Of a stretch of DNA of 64,000 bases, positions 36,553 to 51,200 are shown piece by piece. A program made the position numbers and the translations under genes. Every line of letters begins with the position of its first letter. The stretch's first letter is position 1. Source of the DNA: Nageia nagi (Eukaryota; Plantae; Pinophyta); the NCBI GenBank assembly GCA_050084985.1, contig JBITNC010000001.1, positions 102,486,001-102,550,000 on the forward strand, given 5' to 3'. The notes below the pieces were generated by a model that saw only the letters and a program-made list of their open reading frames with translations, made no database searches and was not told the DNA's origin.

Positions 36553-39500
36553 ATTTGTATTTACTTCAAATCAATATTATTTCATATTTTACTTATAATT
36601 TAGAATTGTAAATAGTTTAGTTGATAGAATATTATTTTTATCGAGAAAATTTGATTCGAAAAATTTAATCTGTCGAATCAAATTTTCTCATATAAAAGTT
36701 AATGTCAAGTTTCTAGTAGTTATTATGCAGGTCACATATAGTATAAGATATATCAAAATAAAAAAAAAAATGAATCCAAATCCTTAAAAAGAGGAACTCA
36801 TAGTATTTTTTAAAAATATGAAAATATTTCTATTCAATCATAAAGGCTCATTAACCTTCATTAAAGGTTATTGTAATTTTTTTAAAAATTACCATGATTT
36901 TCTTGAAGATCCATCATAGTTAGATAGAGAAATACATAAATATCTTTTAAGGTCCTTTTAAACCCATTGGTTTGTAGGACCATGTGCATGTGTGTGTGTA
37001 TAGTATTTTAATTATTATTTCTCATATAAAGAAAAATATTGAATGATGCATAAATATTCCAAGAAAAGAAAGAATACTCTCAAGGATAATTGATCACAAT
37101 CACTCACATCCACCCAATGAAAATAAATTATTAAAACAAAATAATATGATGATGTTTGTTAAAATCTCCAAATAGTAACTAACAATAAACCTAAAATTCA
37201 TGAGAGTTAATCCTAAAATTTTATATAACATACTTCACAATTATTTCTTCCATCATTTTACCAAAATCAAATGATATTAAAAATTAGGAATAAATGTTTG
37301 GCTCTCTTGCATAATTTGCAATTGCATATAATGAAATTATGTTTATCCTTACCAATAAAAAGAATAATTAAGCAGTTGTTGATGGTTTGGATCTAGTAGA
37401 GAAGTGAGAGGATGTTATGCTTTTATTAGATAAACTCTCACTTCAATATTCACACTACTTTTCAATATTGAAGTAAGAAGTTTTTAATATTTAACTACCT
37501 CTGCCTTGGCCTTAGCAATTTGTTTCTTCTTGTTCTTTGTTAATCTTGATTGCTTCCTCTACAATGTTAAAGGTGTTGCAAGTCTCTAACTCTTTGGAGC
37601 TTTACTTTCCTTTTTACCTCTCTTTGATTAAAAAAATTACAAAATTATTGATTCTTTATTTGTTCTCGAATCCCATATCATTGATAGTTTTAAATGTCTT
37701 ATAAAGCTTGAAGGCATTAAAGGCCACACTTAGTGCTATGATATATGAGATTCAAGAATAGATAGAGTATGGTCAAACAAGTTATGAGAGATTAAGAAGC
37801 AATTGAGAACTACAAAAATAACAAATAATAACACCTTTACAAGCATCTTTCAAACATACACCAAATTGGTTGATTTACAATTAATTGAGTTTACACATAT
37901 GTAAAAGGCTCTTTGAAAGTGGATCTTTCTTATTTGTTACGATTGTAAATGCTCTATCAAACATGAATGCAACTTTAAAGAATATGTAGAGTCGGTAAAT
38001 AATAATTTTTAATTAAATAAATCATTATTTATGCTACAAAATATGACTTTAAATATTTTGAGATATATGCAAGAGTATTGATAATTGTTAGCACTAGATC
38101 AAACACCTTCATTATATTTGATGTATCTTTCTCATGACCAAGTTATCTTCCAAAATTGGAGCTTCATGGATTTAGGAACTATGACATGCATGCCTTGGAT
38201 GCAATCCTCACATACCGACAATGTCATGAGATTTCATAGAAATAAAGATAAACTTAAATGATATGATGTTAGGACGAAGAATAGATAATAGGTCCTTAGA
38301 TATGTGGTGTTGAGAGATACCATTTTTATTGGAGTGTGGATCGATCATGAGTCAACCTATTTAGATGTTGTGAGTATCTAATCTGATGGGGAATGCCTTG
38401 CTTTGGATCTTCTTTTATAGTTGAATGTCTTGGATACTTGTGCTTCTTGAAATCTTCATTGATTACATAGCTTGTGGTGCTTTTCTTGATATTGACACCA
38501 AGTACATTATTTATGGTGTCTTTATTGATATTTAAAACATCTTTTGCAATATTGACCCTCATTACCTAAAATATGATTTATATTATGGAGAAATCATATT
38601 TAGGTGGCTACATTTTGCCCCTCTTTAGAGATGTAATGGAAAGAAATGAAATTACATGTCCAAAAAATGTAGAGAATAAAGTTTTAAGAAAGAAAACTTT
38701 TTGATGGCCTTAACCTCTTGGTGAAGCACCTTCCTTGCCCCCTTTTATCTTGGTTGCCTCCATGAATAGGGTAATCAATACAAAAAAAGAGATTTGAGAA
38801 TTTGATATCATTGTTGCGATTGTGCTTGCAAAAATGGATAGTGGTGACTCCTTCATTTGTTGTTAGGGATTTCGCTGATGTTGAACACCTTTAGGATCTC
38901 TTTGAATTAGATTGTTGGTGTTTGTTGGATTGGATTTGAATTTGAGAGAGGAGGGAAGGGAGTTCAAAATTTGGCTGCAGTGCTCGGATGACAATGAAAT
39001 TGTTAGTTTACCTTTAAGTTTTTTATGTCAAGTAGCTTCTTCTAGAAATCTAATTTTCAAATACCACCTACCTATTTTCCACAACAAGATGATTTTCATA
39101 AATAGGAACTTTTCTCTTTTTAAAAAAAACTAGTAATATCTATGAGGGATTTAGTTTTCAAATATTACATGTTTTTTTACCCCAACAAACTGATTTTTAT
39201 AAATATGAGTTTTTTAAACTAAAGGATGTCGACATTATGTTAGCAAAAAATAAGGGCACCAATGTCATAAGAAATGTAGAAATCATAACTAAAATGAAAA
39301 CACATAGAACTGTATAAGTATCTCAATAAGATTCATCATTGTGGAGCTAGGTATGGAGCTGATCTTTTAAGTATAGAAGCATTTGAGATGTTTGGTATTA
39401 AAAGATTTTTACTCTTCTTTGCCATCCATTGTTGAAATTCTATAAGCTCATAATTTTGTATTATATACAACAATATGTGGTCCTAGCCAATTTGGTTCAA

Positions 39501-40562
39501 ATTTATCTTTTACCTCATCATTAGTTGTTGTCTTATTGATATTCTCTTTGAGCACTAAATATCTTATTTGAGAACTTTTTAGCTTCACCTTTTTCTCATA
39601 TTTCATTTTGATTTTCATATAATACACTTTCTAATATTCTATTACATGGATTCTTTTCTCATCCAAGGCCTCCAATTGATGTAGCCTTATTTTTCTTGCT
39701 TCTTCATCTAGAACATCTCCATGTAGTGAGATTCTTAGTGAGGGAATCTCTAGCTCAAGCGGAACAACATCTTCATCCCCATATACCAAAGAGAATGGTG
39801 TTGCTCTTATAGATATTCTAACATTGGTTCCATGTGCCCAAAGTGTATATGAAAATTGCTCATACCAATCTTTCTTAAATTTATTTCATATTTTGGAAAG
39901 AATACTTTTGATGGTCTTGTTAGAGGCTTTAGATTGATCATTGCCTTGTGGATAATAAATAGAGGAAATTTTTTTTGAATATGAATATAATTGGGACCAT
40001 CATCCATGATCAATTACCATGTTACACCAAACCTTAATGTAATGATATTTTTTGTCAGTAACTTGATGATCTTTTCTTGAGTAGTAGACTTCATTGGAAT
40101 GGCCTCTACCCATTTGGTGGTAAATTTCATGGATATGATGACCAATTTATGACCCTGTCTTGAATGTGGATGATCATTCCAATTAAATCAATGCCCCAAA
40201 CTACAAAATTTCATGGTCCAATAATTGGATTGAGCTCTTGTGATGGCATCATTTGAATATTGGACTTTTTTTATCATTGCAAATATTTCTTCTTCTTCCA
40301 TTGATGGCCAATAATACCTAATTCATAGGAGCTTTATGTAAAATGATTTTGCATAGAAATGTCCTCCACATAACCCATCATGTACTTGTTCAAGATTTGA
40401 TTCTATCTCATGCTGTGTAAGGCATCTTAAAAGAGCTCTATCAAAATATTTGCCAATAATCACATTTTCGAGGGTTTTCCTTTTCAACATGATTCTTACA
40501 TTTTTATCAAAATCTTGTTAGATGGTTTGATCTTGCAAATAATAATAAATGTCTCCATACCA

Positions 40563-40564
40563 AC

Positions 40565-40610
<46 letters not shown>

Positions 40611-40640
40611 GTATGTGTGTGTGTGTGTGTGTGCGCGCGC
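40563..40640. repeat. Compound microsatellite (AT)n(ATGT)n(GT)n(GC)n
   Basis: Read directly from the sequence; alternating purine-pyrimidine throughout. Confidence 0.95.
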
Positions 40641-43600
40641 TTGATATGCTAGACAATAAATTTCATAAAAATGATCAATAGGACTATAATTATATAAGAG
40701 GGCATCACATTAGCTTTTTTATTGTGAGAATTATTTCTTCATCTTTAATTTCTATGGGAGCCAATGAGGCTACACTTTCCATGGCATATTCATATATATT
40801 ATTAGCTCTTGGAATATTCTTACTTGTGTATGCATAAAAATATCCAAGGAGATGGTCAACCAATTCTTTATAAGTATGCAACTTTTCATAGTATTATAGA
40901 GCTCATTCACTTGATTAATGATAAGATGAGAATCACCATAAATCTTGATGCTTTTGATCTTAAGCAATACAACAACCTTTAGTACTAAGATTAATGCTTC
41001 ATATGCTACTATATTATTTGTAGAATTGAAACCAAGTTTGTATACCATGGGAATTACATCATTTGAAGGAGAACCCATAATAATATTTGCCCCTGCTTTA
41101 TATGTGCATTAAGATCCATCAAAATGTAGTGTCCATTCATCTGGTTGTTGCTTAATCTAACATACATATTCATTAGGGATATCCCATTGATTCTAGAGAA
41201 ATGATGTAGGTGCCCTTAAAAAATGATGTGTATCATTGAAGTGGACAATACTGGGTGTAATCATATGGAAATTCTTCATGGATGATGACTATATAATTTT
41301 GAGAGAACTCAACCATCAAATCTATAACTACCTATCCTTTAACAACTTTTTGTTTCGCAACATTTATGTCAAATTATTGTAACAACATCATCCATTTTAC
41401 CACCCTTCCTAAGAGGTGTTGTTTGGCCATGAGGTCCTTTAAAGGATTGATAGGATATACAATATATGTAGTGTAGTACAAAATATAATGCCTCAATTTT
41501 TCAGTAGCAAATATAATTCTAAGCCAAAGTTTCTCCATAGGAGTGCAATTGGTTTCATACTTCAAGAGAGTCTTGCTAAGATAATAGAAGTATCTTTCTT
41601 TTAAATTATCATCTTGCTAACAAAACATTGCCCCCAAGGCACAAATTATGTCTAAAATGTAAATATATGCTTGTTTTGTAAAATTCATTGGTACTAAGAT
41701 AGGAGGATTCATCAAGTATTGCTTAATATTTTCAAAGGCCTCTTGGCACATGTCATCCCATGCAAATTTAACATCCTTTTTAAGTAAATGTGTAAAAGGC
41801 ATACATTTATCACCAAGATGAGAAATAAACTTTATAACAAAATTGATTTTACCTTAGAGACTCCTTAGTTGCTTGAGATTTTTGGGAGGGGCCATATTGA
41901 TGATTGCTCTTACTTTCTTTGGATCAACCTTTATGCCTCTTTTTGAAACTATGAAACCTAATAACTTTCTTTATGTGATGCCAAAACCATACTTTTGTGG
42001 CTTCATTTTGAGATTTTACTTATCAAGTATGTCAATGACTTCCTCCAATTATTGTATGTGATACTTCTATTATTTGTATTATCCTAATATATCATCAACA
42101 TAGACTTTAATAGATTTATGAATATGACTATGGAACATAGACACCATGGCACATTGATAAGTAGCTCTTCAATATTTGAGATCATACCTTCTAAAAATAA
42201 ATTACCCCATGGAGCAGTAAAGGTTTTTTTGCATTGATTAACCATATTGATCAAGATTTTATTATCAACCAAAAATCCATCCATGAAGGGTAATGTCTCA
42301 TGACCAACAATGCTATCTATAATTATATCAATATTTGGCAAAGGCAAATCATCCTTAGGACAAGAATTATCAATATTTAGATACTTTTCTATTTCATTTT
42401 TGACTAGTAAATATTTGGAAGGATGTATCTTTCTATTTTTTTTTGTTTTACATGCTTAACATCTTTTTTGAGAGGCAAACTATGCATGATAAATGAAGGG
42501 TCCAAACTAGGCATATCAGAACAAGACCAAGAAAAATTGATGCTAAACCTTTGAAACATTTTTGTGTACCTTTCTTACTAACTTTTATCATGGAAAGCTC
42601 CAATTTTGATTTCTCTTAGCTGGTCATGAGTCCCAATGTTGATGTCAATAAGATCCTCAATAGAAAATTACAATTCTCCTTCCTTTTACAATAAAGAAGG
42701 GAGTTTTTTTATATGAGGAATAGTGGGAGGATCTTCTTCTTCATCTTTAATATGTTATGATTGAAATACTTCTTTGAAATAAATTTATTAGCTAAAATAT
42801 CCATGTTGGCTAAGGATATAACTTCGGTTTCTTTTTTCTATTTGATATAAGAAACTTATAATGTGCCAACGTGTACTTAAACAATGCATCATTAGTGGAA
42901 AAATAGTAATATTCAAGTAAGATATCAATGTAAATCCATAATTCCTCATCAATATCATTTAAAAGCTTAATTAGATTGCATTATGGAACAAATTTAATAG
43001 GAATTGAAGTCTTTACAATGGATTGAGTACATCCTAAACCTTTCTTATCTTTCAAAGCACCTATAGTTGATGGAAAAGTGAACATTCCTTGCTCTAATTT
43101 TCCTAAACCTCCTCCATTATACTTGCATTTTTTTCATATACTTTTGAGCAATTGGAGAGTGAAGGAAATATTCACTAAGATTACCCATTTCTATCATTTG
43201 AACTTTTGCATTATCATAATTAGTATTATGCATTAGAAAATATATAAAATAAGAAACACATGATTGATCATCATTTGCAAGATGTTAGCATCCTTCCACA
43301 TACTGTGTATTTCATTCATGATGTACTACTTGTAGTCATCCTAAATCCTTAACTAAGTATATGAGATATAGATTGTAAATTGAATATTTACCAAACCTTA
43401 TTTCCATAATTTTTTCCTTTGTATCTACTTTTATCAATGTTGATTATGGTTCTTATGGAGGGACATTGAACAAATTGATGTGATGAATTTTTAATCCTAT
43501 ATCTGCTAGATTAAATAGTGCATAAAGGTCAAGCTATGTTACCATTATATGGATCTCCCCATCATATTCGAATTTGATATATATGTGCAATGTGAAAATA

Positions 43601-45219
43601 ATTATCATCACTCATGGATCCATGGTCTCCCCAAGAGCAAATTGTAACTAATATTTCCATTCATGATAAGAAATGAGGATTGAATTATCTTTGGACCTAG
43701 CTAAATAGGAAATGAAACAATTCCAAGGTCTCTTTTGAATATATTATCAAATCCTATTATAGGAAACATGTGCTCATCTATGGATGGGATTGTGACACCA
43801 TTATTTTCTAGAGCTTGCAAAAATTTGTATGAACAAATATTGACTCTTAAATCAAAATCTACCATTGACCTTTTGATTTTCCATCCCTTAATACTAGGTG
43901 TGATATAAAGAGCTAATAATTCATCAATAATTTCCTTTTTAAGTAAATCTTTATCCTCAAAAATAATGGTATTACAAGCTTTAAGGGACTAAATTTTCTT
44001 AGAAAAAGTAGCAACAAAAATGTTACTAGGGACCTTTTCATTTTTGAATACATCATATAAGATCTCTCTACATGGCTTAGAAATTTGAATAAGCTCAAAT
44101 AAAATAATCTTAGCTTGATTATTTTTTAATTATATAGCATATTGTATGATTTTGGATTAGGTGTGAGACTTACCAGTTCATCTATAATAGGATTCAGAAT
44201 TGCTTTTGGACGTCCCCTTTGAATAGTTGTACATATATCCTCATTAACTAAAATAGTCTTGGTTGATTTGTAGCTTGGAGCCTCCATTGATCAAGTGTCC
44301 TTCATTTCATATTTAGATTATGTAAAAAGATCCAATATTATAGCCTCTAATGATTTGCATTGATTGGTAGAATGACCCCTCCTTTAATGGTAGGAACAAT
44401 AGAGATCTTAGTTATCAAAATTAATGATGTCCTCTTGTGATCTATCTAATGATTTTATCATCCCTTTCTTGAATAGATATTGAAATGAATTATTGGAGGA
44501 ATAGGAAATGTAAATTTAAACTCCCTTTATGTGGCAGATCTTATCTAAGTAGGTGTCTCAACAATGTTGACAAATTTCTTCTTTTCTTAGCATATGGCTT
44601 GTGTGACTCTTTATTGTATGTGTTAGATCTATTCTTGAGTGATCCAAGCTTATGTAAGACCTTTTATTTAGTTGGGATTATCTTAGTTATGTTACCAAAA
44701 CCCATTTCAACATAGTCTATTGCATATTGTTTAAGAACATAAAGAATAGAGTCAACAAAAATACCTCATATTTCTCCTTCCAATAACTCACTTTGTGTTG
44801 ACTACCATACCTTTTTGAAGTGAGGTATGTATTTCTCCATGGTCTCATTTGATCCTTGTCATAGAGATTATAAATATTTTACTTTGGAGTGCTCCTTGAT
44901 ATTGTGTTTGTATTGATCCATAAATGCTTTAATAAAAGCTTTTAATGAATCTATGGATCTGAGTAGCAGATTGTAGAACCATTAACTAGCATCTCCCTTA
45001 AGACTCCTTGGGAAGAAGATGGTCATAAACTTCTCTTCAAATCCCAATTTTAGCAAGCACTGCTATTGAAAGTTGATGAGATATTTTTGGGTTCTTAATT
45101 ACCACTAAACATCTCAAACTCGAGGGTATTGAGATCAAGTGGTAGGGAAAAGTTGAGGATTTCTATTGATAAGGGGGAAGAAAAGATACCATCATAATCC
45201 TCTTGCTTCTATTGAGCTC

Positions 45220-48200
45220 TATTGGGAAGGAAATATTTCCTCTTACATGAGACTAGCCATGAGGCTAACAACTAGAAAAGAAAACCAACATTAGGTGAGA
45301 TTGTGTTACTAATCTCCTCTTGTAAGGACTAAGACTGCAAGGTTTCTTATAGAAGCTTGTGTTGTTAATATAAGCTTGAATTATGTAGGTCTTCTTTTGG
45401 GAATCAACTAAGTGATGTAATAGAGGTAGTAGATGTTAACTCACATTTTTTGTAGGGACTAAGGTGTTTATTATGTAATGTTATAAAGTTGCTATGGATT
45501 TTAAAGAAAGTGTAAAATAAAGAAAAGAAAAAGGATAATAATGATTCAATACTGGTGAGATGACAAAGGAAGGATCATAGTGAAGCAATTTCTAAGATTT
45601 CTAGCTTCCATATTAGTTAAGAAGTCTCATTCGAAGTCTTCCAACTTGAAAATAAAATGATCTGAGTCTAATCTATTCTTAAGAGGAGTAGGAAGCAAAG
45701 TTGCTATCCATACACCTAAGTGTGACCAATAGGTAATCGAAAGAAAACATGACACAATAAGTGTGCACGAACTTGGTTTCAAATGAGAAATTCTAATTAG
45801 ATAACATTCAATGAAAGAAAATATTAGAATATGCTCACTTACTATGCAAATTATGGATTGGAAATGATCTAGAAATGATTCAAGCACTTTTAAAAATTTA
45901 CAAAAGAGTTTTCCTAAAATTTAAAAAATTTCAAGGAAAGGCATGAAGGAATCTAAATCATCCAAAAAAGCTCCAAAAAGGTCGAATCCATAATCCCACA
46001 AATGACAAATCACTTTGTTTCAAGTATTCCACCACTTTGTATTAATTTGTGCAAAAAATTACAAGGATACATCAATTTACCAATTTTCTACAAATTTTGC
46101 TCAAGAAACATTCTGTCCAAATTGAAACCCCCTATGGTCTATTTATAGACTTTTTTGGATTTTTCAAAAAAAATAAGAAATCTATTTTTTACGTTTCAAA
46201 CTGAAATAAAATTACAATTTGAGTTGTAGAAGGAACATATTTATCCCATCAATGACATAAGTTATATACAAATGAAGTCAGGCCATTTGCACAAATTTGG
46301 GAGCTATTTTGGTGATTTTTGGGCTCATTTGCTTGTATTTTGGAGAAGAATGATAATGGCCTTACTTGCAAATATGGATGTTGACTTCTTTGACAATTCC
46401 TCCAATGTTAAAGGTTCTTGACATGGTGTTTCTCAAAATATGCATATTTTTAATTTTGAGTTTGAATTTTTTACCGAAATATATGTGTTCACACTAGTCA
46501 AATAAAAATGGTTCAAGCTTTTTTAAGATAACTCCTTCCCAAAATGGCCACCTAGTCATATCTTGATCAATTTTTCATTTTTATAACATATAAAGGGAAA
46601 TGCATGCTCCTCACCATTCTACACATGATCCTTTATTTTCACCCATTTTCATTTTTTTCTTAAAAAATAAAGGTTTTTAACCTTTTCATGGATTTTGAGA
46701 ATTTTTCATGTTTTTCTTCATTTTAGACCAAATATGCTTTGGTGCTCAAGTGTGCTTTTGGTGTGTTTTGCATGCTTGATAGTCTGAATTGACCACTCCT
46801 AAGGTGCAATTGCATGCTAGCTTGGTCATCTTTCATCCTAGGCATATATTTTTTGCTCATTTTTGAAAGCCCTATAGTAATTTAATGTGAAATTTGGTAT
46901 GCAATCCTCCCATGCTTTAAAGTAAATTTTGATATTTTTTTAAATGGTCATAGGTCACCCTAGGTGCCAATTTTGAAACTTTCAAGCCCAATGTTGATTG
47001 AATTTTGGCACTCTTCAACACCCATATTTTTATATTTCAATTTGACCATTCAAAAATTTTATCATTTTCAAGTGAAAGCATGCTAGCTGCCAAAAGTTTG
47101 GGGTTTGATGACATCAAACCCCTCAAAACCTATGCCTAGGATGTGAGGATGTAATTTTGGGCCAATTGGGTTGATCCTAAAGGTAAAGTTGTGTGTTTTT
47201 GCACACTCTATTCTCTCATGCTTAAAAAAAAAATCTTTTTTTTTGTAAAAAATGGGCATTCCTTCAATTTAGATGCAAAAATTGGAACTTTGATGGTGTA
47301 AAACCATGAAAATTAGCACCTAACTTAAAGAGGAGTGTTTTAGCATCATTTTGAGAAATTTCAAGAGAAAAATTTCTCAAATTTAAATTCTCCACAATAC
47401 CCAAATTCTAGATTTCCTATTTTCTTAATTTAAAATTTGGAGATTTTGGTGTATCCATGAGGTAGGTGCCAAAAAAGAGCTTTGATGATGCCAAAGCTCC
47501 CTAAACCTACATCTAGGTGCAAATATATAATTTTTGTTTATTCTCCAAATGTTCCAAGCCCAAAATTATGTAATTTTATCCCCCCTACAATACCCATGTG
47601 TAAGATTTTTGATTTGCATACGTAAAAACTTGCAAATTTTCATGTCCATGTAGGCTAGGCATCAAAAAATTGGGTTTGATGTCATCAAACCTTGAAAATA
47701 TGTGCCTAAGGGATGAGGGAGAAATTATTATCCATTTTGGAAAATTTTATAATCAAACCTACATCATTTTCAATCCTCCATGATGCAATGTAATCAAATT
47801 TGCATTCCAATTTTTATCTTAAATAAGTGGTTGGAAGCTAGGCTCTAATTTTTTCCTTTTGGTAGCCTCAAAGCCTTGAAGCCTACATATAATTGGGAGA
47901 GGAGAAAACTTGATCAAATCCCAAAATTTCCAAGACTAAAATTATTTGAAATGGGATCCCCTACTAGCTTGTGCCTTTTGATTGCAATTCTAGTAAACTT
48001 TGAAAAATGACCCTAACCTGAATGGCCTTATTTGAGACCCAAAAAATCTTGTATTTTAGTGATGCCTCTTTGATCCTGGATCCTTAGCTTCAAAATTAGT
48101 GAGTAGATGCTTGGGATCATTTCATGGTCTTAAATGAGTAATTTCCATGAATTACTTTCTAATATCACATTTACATTACTCATAATCAACTATTTGTCTC

Positions 48201-51200
48201 CTTAAGCCAATCTCAAGGCAATGCACCTCATTGTCTTTGCAAAAATAGGGTCCCCAAAATATTGTATTTTAGGGTGTGTTGTGTGAGCATAATAATAAAA
48301 AAATAAAAATTAGTATATAAAAGGGTACATAATGATATACATTATTTATTGGTATATATGCTAATTTTGACATTCACTAATGATCATACCATCGATTTAC
48401 GTTATAGTGAGTGAACCCTCACTAGTTATTCAAATGACCATTAGGACATCTACATTGTAGTCTAGGTTTCAGAGACATAATTGTGGTTTCAACTCAATGA
48501 GATGGATCAAATGGTGTTGCAACATCATTTCAAATATCATCATTTATCTCTTCACTCTTCATATTTTGACAGTATCTTGGGGCTAAAGTCCTCTCTTTGT
48601 GCTTTACCAAATAGCATGAGGCTTATTGATCACATTACAGTTCAATTATCTTTATCTATCATATATGACTCCATATATTCTCTTATTATAGAATTTGCAC
48701 TGATTGGCAAGATACTATTATTAGTTCCTATTTCATAAAATAATCATTAGTATCATCCAAAGTATCTATTTTGACTACAGTATTTGGGTCAAAACAAATA
48801 GTTCCTAATCTTGGTATGCTTTGATGAGTGTATCTTATATTAGGGTTCTCACTGATTTGTAGTGAACTAATATCAGTTAATGAGCTTAATTGCTCAAGTA
48901 TCCTAATGAATTTAAATAAAATTCCTAAATCAATTATACCTATAATTGAAAAACTAAAGTAAAATAAGCTAACTTATTTACATTATGTACAAGAGGATAA
49001 ATAATTTCAATGTGGAAAATAACATTCATGATATTTACCATTAATGGGTAATGGTAAATCCTTACCTATATGATGCTTGGATTCTGAGTCATCAACCTTG
49101 AGTACCCATCATTCTTTAGTATATTCCTTGGATGATGGCCTTTAGATTTTGCTTTTGGAAGACTAGAACTAGTTTTTACCTTCATTGGATCCATATCAAG
49201 ATGTTGAATTTAAGTTGGTTAATCTTTGATTAAGAGAGAAAGAATGCCCATTTCTACTTTAGTGAACTAAATCTCATTTATATTTTTATAGTTTGTAATC
49301 ATCTCTTTGAGCCTTGATTCTTTGTTGATCCTTCAAGTTCCTATACTAGTCTTTACTTAGTATTATCCCATATGTACTCAAGATATCAACTACGTGGATG
49401 CTGAGATATTGGATGATGCATGGTTTTGATGCAATTTGTATGTAAACTTTGGACATCATTCTAATTACTTTTACCTCTATCTTTTCTATTTGTGTAACTC
49501 TTGTTGGGATCTTTGTGATGGGCAATCCCAATCTCTTTCATATTCCAAGAGGAACAATATTTCCTATAGTTCTAGAATCTACCAAAAAGTTATGGAGGTT
49601 TTTGCTTACTATTCTAAGTGTCAACAAAAATGGGGGTACTTGTTCCTTTCCTTATGTATTATGTATTGATATTACTTATTTTTGTAAAGTATAGGTACAT
49701 TGGCCTTGAGGTACTTGTTTTTATTAAACTACTTGAACTTCTTCATCAAAGAGTGGTCCTAAAGCATAGACCTCATCGTCTATTATCCAATTATCTTCAT
49801 TATTATCTTCTTGATTGAATATCTTAGTTACTAAAATTGAATTAGAATGACATTGAGATATGTTTGGGTCATTGTTCGGTGTCATTTTCATACTTTAGAT
49901 TTCTTGTTGAAAAACATTCTTCCAACTTTGAATATAGGACTTTAGAATTATCCATGTGTGGTTGTAGAGTGCACTCTACACCAATTTGATAAGCCTATAC
50001 CTAATAGATCAACATTGTTCACATGATTGTTATTGTTATTATTGACCATCAAATTTGGCACATAACCATTTTTTGGGCATATATTCTAATTTTTGTTTAA
50101 CCTTTGGAAGTTGTTGTTCCTCAACCTATCATTCTGGTAATTCTAACCTCTATCATTGTGTTGATTTTATCCTCGATCATTTTGGTAAACTTGGCCTTGA
50201 TTACTTTAATAATTTTGGCCTTGATCATCTTGAGGATTCTAGACTTGATCATTTTATTGATATTGCTCACCCTGATTTAACTTCATCTATGTCATTTCAT
50301 TACTCATATTTTACATCATCCTTTGGAGTTATTCAAATTTATGAATCTTCATAAATCTATTATTTAGTTCATAAGTACTTCTGATATTAGCATTAGTATT
50401 CATAACTTGAGTAGTTGGATTCAAGAATGATAGCCGAAAAAGAAGCATTGTTGGTATATGGATTTATCAACACTGAATTAGTGTTCATGAATTGGTTATT
50501 CAAGAATGAGCTAGTTTATGGTGAAATAGGACCAATAGCAACACTAGTATCAATTGCTAATGTATGTGGCTAAAGTGGAAGTGTTTAAGGATTTTGTATA
50601 TTTTGAAAGCTTAGGTTTTGAGTATAGGCATTGGATGGATGAATGGATTGCATGGTAGTCACATTTATCTCACTGAATCCTCATGGATTGAGCTCTTTTT
50701 CAATCTCTAATTCTTGTGAATAAGCAGTTGGTAATGAGGTCATTGTACACTCTCTTCTGAGGAAAATTGCAATTGTACTATCAAGTGATATTAAGTACAT
50801 TTGTAGCGCAAAAGATTCATCAAGTTTGTATGGATCTATGAGGCCAAAGTATGCTTTATGAAATGTGTAATTTAACATATGAATTAGCTCATGAATTTCT
50901 CATTTGGTTGTTGCAAGTTCATTGCACAAAATGGTTATATTTATAGGCACATTGAGCTGCCTCAAGAATGATTATTCAAGCTATGTACATGAAGTTATTA
51001 ATCCTTTTAAAAACTTAGCATACCACATAGTAGCTACACTATCTAGAGTATTTAGGAACATGTAGCAAGCCACATATTCTTGAACCACATTTGGTCTTAC
51101 TATGCCATCTTTGTATAAGTGAATATATGCTCTTCTATTATTATTGGTCCATCATGAATGAACTTAGATAGGAATCTATCTAGATTATTTGGGAATTAAT

